DNA from: Folioceros fuciformis
Taxonomy: Eukaryota
Reading direction: 5' to 3'
Assembly (NCBI GenBank): GCA_049999805.1
Contig: JBNGIO010005796.1
Span: 1-33,112, forward strand
Length of the DNA stretch: 33,112 bases
The notes beneath the pieces are model-generated. The model was given only the letters and a program-made list of their open reading frames with translations, was not told where the DNA came from and made no database searches. The number at the start of each line of letters is the position of its first letter. Position 1 is the stretch's first letter. Positions 11,009 through 21,293 of the stretch are shown piece after piece. The position numbers were made by a program, and so were the translations under genes.

Positions 11009-13559
11009 TCAAAGTAAATGGTTCCCGGTCTTTTTGAGCCGTTTCAAAATGTCATCCTTAAGCTCCCGTCGCAACGTTTTGCCTGCCAAGGACTTGGGTA
11101 TGGACGACACGAATTCGACGTGCCTTACTTTCTTGTAGCTCGCCACCTGCAAAGCGTAGTAAGAGCGGTCAAGAGTCTTGCCAGTGTGAAAGGTTATGTG
11201 TTTGAGTGCAAACACTTTAGCTCTGTTACCTTGGCTGCCACGTAGCGTATAACATCGTCTTCGTGGAGATCGCTGTTAGGTGCTAGAACCACGCAGGCTG
11301 CTGGCAACTCTCCTGCCTCGTCATCTGGAAGTCTGCCAATCTCCAGATTGAACATTTTAAGAGCTGTGCGAATTTGATGGAACATTTGCAATGGCCTACC
11401 AGTGTCCTGATGCATTTTACTCACGGTATGACTGCAGCGTCAGCGATAAGTGGGTGGGCCACCAGGATGGCTTCCAGCTCTGCCGGAGGAACCTGTAAGA
11501 ATCCAAGGTTGTGCCGTTTTAGATGCATGGATTCAATCAAAGATGTCGGGACCTACGGAATCATCCTCTGGCGAAAGCTTACAAGTTGCTTCCAGTACCT
11601 GGAACCCTTTATACTTGATGAGCTCTTTCGCTCTCTCGACTATGAAAACATCTCCATCGTCGTCGATGTAGCCTACGTCTCCTGTGTGAAGCCAGCCCTG
11701 CTCATCGATAGTGGCTGCTGTGGCTGCTTCGTTTTTGAAGTAACCTGCAGGTGAACTTGTGGATATTAAAGGAAGGCACTGCAGAGAATTGTCCATCAAA
11801 TTGATCGCGACGTAAGACGTGGAAGTTGCATTCATGGGAGAAGCAATCGGAATGACGTGGGCAAGTGTGCTTCCTGAAGATTCAAGATACCATGCATGGT
11901 GGACTCGCCGCGTACGCATATTTCTCCTGCACGATTTGCAGGCAGGGACTTCCCCGTGTCCGGATCCAGAATTCTCATCTCCGTTCCTGAAGATGAAGGA
12001 GGCGAAAACAACCGATGACTCATGAAGCTGACCAACTATGCACAACCTTGTCATTCTCTGACCAAGGACTCTAACCTCATCTCATGTATGTACCTGGAAC
12101 GAGGAAGCCGACGGAGCCTTTCTTGGCACTCTTTCTGGGATAGCCTGGAGGTGGATGGCTCAGTGTGATGCAGCTGTACTCGGTCAGTCCATATGCCTGC
12201 ATCCACCACATACTCTTAACGGTGAGCATATGAAGGGGTGAATTTATGTCCAATGCAATGTTGAGCAATTGCCTTTGAGAACTGACCTGCCGTAATTCAA
12301 CTCCAGGGAACCTGGTTTCAAATGCCTTTTGGATTTCAGGCGGGAGTGGTGCGGCTGCTGTCATCACTACCTCCAGCTTTAGCTTGCTCAGGTCGAACTC
12401 GTTCACGATCGGACTCTTCACCATCTGAAGGATGATGGGAGGCACGAGAGGGGTGAAGGTTACCTCGTACTTTATCAGGGCTGCCAACATGAGTCGTAAA
12501 TCGTATCTGGGCAGCACCACCAGTGTGCCCTGATACCTCATGGTGGAGCAGCATATCCCCGTTGTGCCATAAATGTGGAAGAAGGGCAGGAGGCCCAACA
12601 CCACATACTTTTTCACAGCAACTAGCTGGGCGGGAGTAGGAGCCACTAGAGGAGGCACTAGTGGCGGGCAAGTGCGGGATGTGTTAGCTAGCAGATTTCG
12701 ATGGGTGAGCTTCACTCCCTTGGACAGTCCTGTTGTGCCCGAAGAGTAAGGCAAAGCACACAGATCGTCCTGCTCCAGTTCACAAGCAACTTGAGCTGGT
12801 CAGGACTCCACTTGAAGTATGCTCACGAGTCACACACCACAGCAGTCATCCGTGGTCACCTGTAAAAGGGGCTCAGGGGGGACGTATTCTGATCCGTCGT
12901 ACTCGAACAAGCGCTGCACTGATGTGGAACCTTCAGGATTTGGTGTCACTGACTTGTCCGTGGAAGCTGCCGAGCCAAGGGCCAGGAGAAGAATTGGCAG
13001 CTGATGCGCGAATTGCTTCACCTTGTGGACGTACGCTGAGTCGGTCACCACGACTTTTGCTTCGGAGTCTTGAATCTTCATTGCCACGATTTTGTAACCA
13101 AGAGTCGAGTCGCTGATTGATCAATGCACGTCCATGTACTACGACGCATGCAATACACAATTGCTTTTGCTTGGAGCTGTAGAAACGCGTTACCTGTTTC
13201 TCAATCTCTTCAGGGTGTGAGTATGGGTTCCCTCCAGAGTACACGCCGCCGGCCCACATGATACCGAGTACCAGAATAAAATACTCGGCCGAGTTGGGCA
13301 GAAGAAGGAACACCACGTCTCCCTTTCGGATGCCCAGAAGGTTTCTAAGCCCGGCGGCCACGTTTTTCACCAAGATTCGAGCTTGGCCGTAGGTGTACCG
13401 CCGCTCGTCCGATGCATCCACAATAGCCACTTTGTGCTCATCTTCAGGCCGGATTCCATTCAACAGAATGAATTCTGGAACAGTGACGTTGGTTGGAATG
13501 GCTGCCGTCGGCAGGCTGCTCTGGAATATGTGTTCCGTGGACTCGGCGGGAGAAGCCAT
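11009..13559 (-). CDS. ACOS5: 4CL-like acyl-CoA synthetase of the ACOS5 (sporopollenin fatty acyl-CoA synthetase) clade
   Basis: Nine exons 13559-13194, 13075-12860, 12769-12287, 12196-12094, 11986-11891, 11744-11599, 11492-11425, 11332-11230 and 11146-11009 (572 aa), all GT-AG and in frame. AMP-binding [43 protein letters not shown]5-type signatures [34 protein letters not shown], AYGLTExSCITL and SIPKSLxGK. Confidence 0.9.
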
Positions 13560-13805
13560 TGAATGGCACGCTCAGGCGGCCCCGACGGGTGAAGAGAGGA
13601 ATTGAAGTGAGGCTGATGTAGGAGCTGCCTGCTGCGCCAAACGGTATGGGTTTTGTATGTTTCTTCAGTGGCGAGCCGTCAGTGGGTAGCGAAAGCGCAA
13701 ACCTTGCATGCACAGTTTCAAGAAATCGGTCGTTGGTTGTTGGGCTACTGAACTCAACCGCGCCTGGTTTCCTGCGCTCCATAACCGGGCGCCGAGCGCC
13801 GGGCC

Positions 13806-13812
13806 GGTAGGT
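13806..13812 (-). promoter_or_regulatory. AC-I-type MYB element (ACCTACC) upstream of the ACOS5-like gene
   Basis: GGTAGGT on + equals ACCTACC on -, ~250 bp upstream of the ATG. A short motif that may occur by chance. Confidence 0.25.
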
Positions 13813-14038
13813 AGAGCTTGCTTGCCCTGCGAGTCTCCTCCGTCATTTTCACTCTGTGTACGCAAATCTGATTTTTTCTGAACGGCTTTATGCTTTCTTT
13901 ACAAGAATGAACGACATAGACGTCGTCCCCTTCCATGGGGATGAGTATGGCATGCCAAAGGGATGCGTCCTCTCTCTAGGTTTTTGTATCCAGAGTAAGC
14001 TAGATTCTGCTTAAGACTCAGCCGCGGGGGAAGTAGAC

Positions 14039-14192
14039 CCCTAGGCCTAAATATCGGTTCGCCAAGGTACGGCATGGTGAATCGACATGCCATGCCATGA
14101 GCATGGCCTTCCTCTCCCCTACTCCTCTCTCTCTTATCCGTGCCAACTCGCCATCGAGCTACCAACTAACTCGGAAAACTAATTCAAGTCCC
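14039..14192 (+). repeat. Left terminal inverted repeat
   Basis: CTAGGCCTAAATATCGGTTCGCC...GCCATGCCATGAGCATGGCCTTCCTCTCCCCT...ATCCGTGCCAAC matches the reverse complement of 23249-23358 with 12 mismatches in 110 bp (hand count). A weaker match continues to AACTAATTCAA. Confidence 0.9.
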
Positions 14193-14850
14193 ACAGCAAT
14201 ATTGCTCGCCCTTTGTTCGTTTCAATTGCGAACGAGAGCGGAGAGAGTGCTATGCTCAAAGCACGACACACGGTAAGAGTTGAAAGACCAAAGGCTGGGG
14301 AGGATGCACGTATTCTGATCGTGCTCCAGCGATGGATGAGGTTGCAATGCATTGTCCTTTTGCAGTTCAGAGGCTTGGTGGAGGGAAATTTTCTTTCAAT
14401 GACTTGGAATGGCAGCAATCCTCATACAAGCATCCATCTTGTCCTGGCCAAGACAAACAACGACAACTAGCTTACATCCCTTGGACCAGAGTGCAGGATT
14501 TCATAGAGGGCATGAACTCATTGCTACATGCTCCTACAAATTATTACAAGGCATCTCGTAGAGGGCCGGCCAACAATACTTCAGTAGTAAGTTGTCTGAA
14601 GCTAGATGCAGCCATTGTCATAACACAGTATGTATGGACCCTAAGGATTCAATCCGTTTACTTTTTGCTTGCTGGTATCATTGAAAGATTTCATCTTCAG
14701 TGTTTTGCTTGCAGTTATTGGTGTGGATATGGGCCACAGGACTTGCGGAATATTCTCATGCCTCCACCACCTGTACCTATTAGTGTGGAGGGTGAGAAGA
14801 AGCGTAGACAGTCTCGGATTGCTAACGGTGAAAGCATCAAACTCGGTTGT

Positions 14851-15146
14851 TGTAGGATCGCTCGAAGAGAGCTACATGGTGAAGGAGAGGAGAGGAGGAG
14901 GCAAGGAGGAGAGGAAAAAGAGAGGTCGCACTCTCACAATAGAGTCTCAATGGCAAAGGAGCTCAAGGGGGTATTTATACCCTCTAGAAGAGCTCCCTAG
15001 GCAGCTTCACAAGAAGTGTACAGGAAGCTACGCAAGAAGCTTCCTACATATTAGCTTAAGCTAATCTAAACTAATGGTACTTAACTAGAGACTAATCTTA
15101 GACTAAACACATTAGTCTAAGCACATTGGGCTTTAATAACCCTACA
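14851..15146 (-). repeat. 3' LTR of copia element (296 bp)
   Basis: Direct repeat of 21029-21293 with ~19 substitutions and two indels (19 and 12 bp) by hand alignment. Confidence 0.95.
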
Positions 15147-15157
15147 ACCTCCCTCTT
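15147..15157 (-). other. Polypurine tract
   Basis: AAGAGGGAGGT on the - strand immediately before the 3' LTR. Confidence 0.85.
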
Positions 15158-15188
15158 AAAGGCCAATTTACCTTCATAGGAGAGCGGT

Positions 15189-18100
15189 CTACCTCATGCC
15201 CATGAGTGTCCGAGCTTGTGCGAATTGCTCCGAAGAGAGCCTCTTGGTAAGAACATCTGCAGGGTTCTGACTAGTGTGAACTTTGACAAGTTGTACCCTC
15301 TTGTCTTCCAACACCTCTCGAATGAAGTGATACTTCACTTCCACATGTTTGGTCTTTGCATGAAACACTGGATTCTTCACCAACTGGATAGCACTCTGGC
15401 TATCACAATGCAACATTGACAGCTCAACCTTGATCCCCAAATCTCCCACTAAACGAGCGAGCCACATGGCTTCCTTGCATGCCTCAGTCGCTGCAACATA
15501 CTCAGCCTCTATGGTAGATAGCGTTATGCACGATTGCAAATGAGATCGCCCTTCTAGTGCACATGAAGACATAACTTGATGTGGACCTCCTTTTGTCCAT
15601 ATCCCCTGCATAATCAGCATCCGTATATCCCTCTACAGATGCATCTTCACTACCAAAACATAAGCACAAAGCTTTCGTACCATTCAAATACCTCATAACT
15701 CCTTTCACTGCCTCCCAATGCTTCTTGCCAGGGTTTGACATAAACTTGCTAACCACTCCCACTGCAAAGGCAATGTCAGGACGTGTAGCAATCATTGCAC
15801 ACATCAAACTCCCTACAGCTGATGATTATGGAATCTTCTCCATTTTAGCTTTGTCCTCTGCAAAACTTGGGCAATCCTTGCTCGACAGTTTCACATATGG
15901 AGGCAACGGAGTACTCAATACCTTCCCCTTCTCCATATTGAAACGTTGAAGCACCTTGTTAATGTATTCAGTCTGAGACAAGTAAAGCAAACGCTTCTGT
16001 CTGTCTCGACCAATACACATGCCAAGAATATGGCTTGCCTCTCCCAAGTCTATCATGTCAAAGCAAGCATTCAACTTTGACTTCAACGTTGAAATCTCAT
16101 CACTGTTAGTCCCAGCAATTAGCATATCATCCACATAGAGTACCAGAATGAGCAAGCTTCCATCCTTCGCTTGCTTCGTATAGAGGCCATGATCCTCATT
16201 GCTACGTTTGTAGCCTTGAGAAAGCATAAATGAGTGGAATTTGAAATACCACTCCCTGGGTGTCTGCTTCAAACCATAAAGGCTCTTCTTTAACCTGCAC
16301 ACTAGACTCTCTTTGCCCTTCTCAATGAAACCCTCGAGAGCTCCTTGGTAAGAACATCTGCAGGGTTCTGACTAGTGTGAACTTTAACAAGTTGTACTCT
16401 CTTGTCTTCCAACACCTCTCGAATGAAGTGATACTTCACTTCCACATGTTTGTTCTTCGCATGAAACACAGGATTCTTCGCCAATTGGATAGCACTCTAG
16501 CTATCACAATGCAACACTTGCAGCTCAACCTTGATCCCTAAATCTCCCACTAAACGAGCAAGCTATAAGGCTTCCTTGCAAGCCTCAGTCGCTGCAGCAT
16601 ACTCGGCCTCTGTGGTAGATAGCGTTATGCACGATTGCAAACGAGATCGCCATGAGACTGCCCCTCCTGTGCACATGAACACATAACCTGATGTGGACCT
16701 CGTTTTGTCCATATCCCCTACATAATCAGCATCCGTATATCCCACGACAGATGCATCTTCACTACCAAAACATAAGCACAAAGCTTTTGTACCATTTAAT
16801 TACCTCATAACTCCTTTCATTGCCTCCCCATGCTTCCTACCAAGGTTTGACATAACCCTACTAACCACTTCCACTGCAAAAGCAATGTCAGGACATGTAG
16901 CAATCATTGCATACATCAAACTCCCTTCAGCTGATGAGTATGGAACCTTCTCCATTTCAACTTTGTCCTCCGTAGAGCTTGGGCAATCCTTGCTCGAAAG
17001 TTTCACATATGGAGGCAATGGAGTACTCAATACCTTCCCCTTCTCCATATTGAAACATTGAAGCACCCTGTTAATGTATTCAGTCTGAGACAAGTAAAGC
17101 AAATGCTTCTGTCTGTCTCGACGAATACGCATGCCAAGAATATGGCTTGCCTCTTCCAAGTCTATCATGTCAAAGCGAGCATTCAACTTTGACTTCAACG
17201 CTGAAATCTCATCACTGCTAGTCCCAATAATTAGCATATCATCCACAAAGAGGACCAGAATGAGCAAGCTTCCATCCTTAGCTTGCTTCGTATAGAGGCA
17301 ATGATCCTCCTTGCTACGTTTGTAGCCTTGAGAAAGCATACATGAGTGGAACTTGTAATACCACTCCTTGGGTGCCTGCTTCAAACCATAAAGGCTCTTC
17401 TTTAACCTGCACACCAGATTCTCTTTGCCCTTCTCAATGAAACCCTCCAGTTGCTGCATGTATACCTCTTTCTGGATATCACCATGCAGAAATGCCAACT
17501 TCACATCCATTTGGACAAGTTCCATGTCGTGCCTCGCAACCAGACCAAGAACGCATCGCAAGGTGGTCATTTTGACAACTGGTGAGAAAATCTCATCAAA
17601 GTCAGTACCTTGCTGTTGCTTAAAACCTTTAGCAACTAATCGTGCCTTGTACTTGGGTTTGCCATAATGGGGTATGTCCTTCATCTTATACACCCATTTG
17701 CATAGCAATGCTTTCTTGCCCCTAGGCAATCGAACCAACTCCCAAGTTTGGTTCTTATGGAGCGAATCCATCTGCGACTGCATCGCCTTCTCCCACTTGT
17801 CCCTTTCGGTCACTGACATGGCCTCTTGATAATAAGAGGCCACCCCACAATCCGTCAGCATAACATAATCAAGAGATGCAACATACATGTTAGGAGGACG
17901 TGAGATCCTTCCTGACCTACAAAGTACTGGCGCCTCGACCGGAGCTGGTTGCACTCTCTCCTCTTCTACAAGCGGAGGAATTTGTTCTTGCACATCACAA
18001 CGTTCAACCTGAGCGGGATGGTCGAGTCCATCTTCATGAAAGACCACCCATCGCACCTCCACAGTTGGAGTAGGCTTCTTGTGCATCTTTGTTTGATTGA

Positions 18101-20216
18101 AGAACACGTCATTGCTGCGAACCATCCTCTTGGCTTCTGGATCCCACAGACTGTATCCCATCTCACCAAATTCACCATAGCCAAGAAAAATACATTTCTT
18201 GGACTTGGGTGCCAACTTGTCCCGAAACTCCTTCGGAACATGGTAGTATGCCTCGCAGCCAAACACTCGTAGATGCTTGTAAGACGGCTTCTTCCCAGAC
18301 CACATCTCCTTTGGAACCTGTTCATCCACAGCCCTATTAGGAGATCTGTTAATAAGATGCACCGCAGTAACCACTGCTTCTGCCCAAATCCGTTAGGCAA
18401 ACTAGAGTTTGACAATAAAGTACGCATCCTTTCCTGGATAGTCCTGTTCATCCATTCAGCCACACCATTCTGGGAAGGAGTGTACGGGGTAGTCAATTCT
18501 CTCCTGATTCCCTTGGAATCACACAATGATTGGAAAGCCTTCGAAACATACTCTCCCCCATTGTCTGTCTTTAGACATTTCAGTAGGAGGCCAAACTGAT
18601 TCTCCACAAGGGTGACGAACTTCTGAAACACTGTCAGAACATCATCCTTTTTCCTCAAAGGATAAACCCACACCTTGTGCGAGAAATCATCTATGAAAGT
18701 GATAAAATAAGATGCACTGCCTAACGATACAATGGGCATTTGTCCACAAACGTCACTGTGAACCAATTCAAGAGGTTTACTTTTGTGTTTACCTCTTGCT
18801 CCATGTGGTGACTTCATCTGTTTCCTATACAGACAGTGCTCACACACGGAGAAATCGGAGAAGTTAAAAGCAGGGACGTAACCAAAACGAGATAGTATCT
18901 TCATTCCTTTTTGAGACATATGTCCTAACCGACTATGCCACAAGGAAACACTTGGCTGTTCCGTTACATAAATCACATGATCCTTGATAGTGGTTACCTG
19001 AAGTGAGTACAAAGTGCCACACTTCGATCCACAAGCTAACACAAGAGAACCTTTGGAGATCTTCCAAGAATGATCTCCAAACCAACAGTGGTAGCCAGAG
19101 TCATCCAACTGCCCTGCATTAATCATGCTTTTGGTCAACTTCAAAACATACCTAACATCCTTCAGTACGAATGAAGATCCATTGTCAAACTTCAGCTGCA
19201 CATCACCAACGCTTGCAATCTCGCATGCGTACTTATTTCCAAGCTGAACACATCCTTTCCTAGTAGCATCATAAGTGCTAAACCACTCCCTATGTGGAGT
19301 AACATGGAAAGATGCTCCAGAGTCAATTATCCAATTACAGAATAAGTGACTCTCCACGGCTGTCAGTTGTGCAGAATCGAAGGAGTAAGAGGTAAGAACA
19401 TCTCCATCATCAACAGAGTTCACCTCGTCACGGTTGACACTCAGACTTTCCTGGTTGTCGCTCTGCTGCTTCTCCTTGCCTTTGTCCTTCTTGAGCTTCT
19501 CGCAATCCCTTCTTATGTGACTCAACATTGTTACGACTACGAAACTTACTACAGGAACGACTTCACTCCTTATACTTCCCCTTTGAAGTGGACCTTCCTC
19601 TCACCATGAGGGCATTGGAACCTTTCGAGGGTTCCATATTCTTCCTGTTTACCTCCTTTGTTAATAGGCTACCTTCTACATTTACAATAGTATGACCACT
19701 GGCAGGAGCGGAATTACTCAGAGCTGTACGAAAAGTGTCCCAACTCTCTGGTAATGTGACCAACTTCTAGAAATATAGCTCTCACGGAATCTGGGAATGA
19801 GATACCTTGAGATGAGAGCTGGCTGAAAATGGTATTGAATTCGTTCAGATGATTAGACATCCTTGTTCCTTCCTTCATCTCCAAGTCCACCAGCTGTTTC
19901 AACCAGTACATCTGAGAAGCCGCACTTTGCTTCTCGTACAGGTCACACAACTTCTGCCATAGCTCATAACTTTTGGTCTTGTCTTTCACGTTGAAGTAGA
20001 CCGACTTCGATAATGTTAGCATGATGGTAAACCTAGCAAGCTCATCTAGATCCTGCCATTCATCCTGAGTCATGCTAACAGGTTTCACTCCTAGCAGCTT
20101 GATGGGCTTGATCTACTTCTTCTGTACTACAACATTATACACTTGTTCTTTCCAGACGGGAAGTTAGTACCATCTAACTTCTCGATATTGAACATGACGT
20201 TTTCGGAGGACGCTAT
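15189..20216 (-). pseudogene. copia gag-pol polyprotein (frameshifted, with stops)
   Basis: gag IEKLDGTNF, protease WIIDSGAS, LWHSRLGH, integrase HSDVCG/TDNGGEY/QNGVAE, RT KARLVAKGF, LKKSLYGLKQ, (Y/F)VDD, and RNase H GYTDAD, TEAEY, CDSQSA, NPADVLTK. Confidence 0.95.
15235..17447 (-). repeat. Head-to-tail duplication of the RT(C-terminal)-RNaseH segment
   Basis: Copy A is 15235-16335 (1101 bp) and copy B is 16336-17447 (1112 bp). Junction AAACCCTC|GAGAGCTCCTTGG. The 11-bp difference is a deletion in copy A near 15550. Confidence 0.92.
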
Positions 20217-21014
20217 GTTTCAAATTCGAAGCAAATCAAGCAAAAGGCTAGTTAGAGAATGGCTGAAATGTAATGTAGATTTTGTTATCCTCACAACTTG
20301 TGCCTTGATTGCTCACAACTGGAGTGTCTCGACCTTCGATCGAAATTTGGTAGCCTCGTGGCTGGGAACTTAGTTGGCTAGCGTTTGCGCTGCCCGAACC
20401 CACGTCTTCGTCGGTGGCGCTTGTATCGACCGAAATATCACTTCTTGGCACCCACGCCGACTACGGCACCTGTACCGTCTACGGCGCCTTCGCCGAACTC
20501 AGCGCCCGCGGCCTAGCCGGTGCCTTAGGCCACTTCACAGCATTGGCGGGTTGGCCACACCTCGAGCCCGCGGCACTCGCATCCGGGTCTAGCGCCGCTG
20601 GCCGGGCTGGCGCCTCTGGCGCTCGGGGTCAGGCGCCTTGGCGCCGCCAGGCCACTCCCCCCCCCCACTCGGGGGGCCTATGCTGCCCGGCCCCCGCATG
20701 CGGAGTTAGGCGCGCCGGACGGGGGCCTGGAGCCCCGCTCCGACCGGGGGCCTAGCGGCTCACGGGGTCTGGGCTGCCCCAGGGCTTGGCACCCCCTTGG
20801 GCTATGCCCGCATGGCCTGGCCGCAATCCGGCAGTTGGGTTTAGCCTGGCACCTACGCCCGCGCGGGGGGAGGGTGCTCCTACGCCCTCTGTGCACCGGC
20901 GCTCTTAGTGACCTCCGCGTACCAGCGCTTTGGGCGCCCCGTGCTCCTCCTAGATGTTACACACGGCCTAGTTCACTCCGATGTCTTATGCACCATCACC
21001 CTTGCTCCACACCT

Positions 21015-21026
21015 GCTCTAATACCA
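21015..21026 (-). other. Primer-binding site (initiator tRNA-Met type)
   Basis: TGGTATTAGAGC on the - strand, 2 nt after the 5' LTR; one mismatch to canonical TGGTATCAGAGC. Confidence 0.88.
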
Positions 21027-21028
21027 CT

Positions 21029-21293
21029 TGTAGGATTGCTCCAGGAGAGCTACATGGTGAAGGAGAGGAGAGGAGAAAGAGAGGTCACACTCTCACAATA
21101 GAGTCCCAATAGCAAGGGAGCTTAAGGGGGTATTTATACCCTCTAGAAGAGCTCCCTAGGAAGCTTCACAAGAAGCGCACAGGAAGCTTCCCGCAGATTA
21201 ACTTAAGCTAATCTAAACTAATGGTACTTAACTAGACACTAATCTTAGACTAAACACATGAGTGTAAGCACATTGGGCTTTAATAACCCTACA
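21029..21293 (-). repeat. 5' LTR of copia element (265 bp)
   Basis: TG...CA ends with a 6-bp inverted repeat; adjacent to the PBS. Confidence 0.95.

Larger units (their letters stand above)
14851..21293 (-). mobile_element. Full-length Ty1/copia LTR retrotransposon (decayed)
   Basis: Both LTRs run TGTAGG...CCTACA. 5-bp TSD GTTGT at 14846-14850 and 21294-21298. PBS and PPT present. Domain order is gag-PR-IN-RT-RH. Confidence 0.97.

Noticed and set aside
14851-15064. C-terminal parts of ORFs 14332-15000 and 14669-15064
   Set aside because: These are read-through into the copia LTR; the true transposase frame resumes at 21299.
15235-17447. RT-RNaseH duplication as a simple assembly error or second nested element
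   Set aside because: The copies are ~8% diverged with distinct indels, and there is no LTR or TSD at the junction. Long-read confirmation is still advisable.
20374-21101. Ala/Arg/Pro-rich ORFs in the copia leader
   Set aside because: Stop-poor frames are expected from extreme GC content; no motifs.
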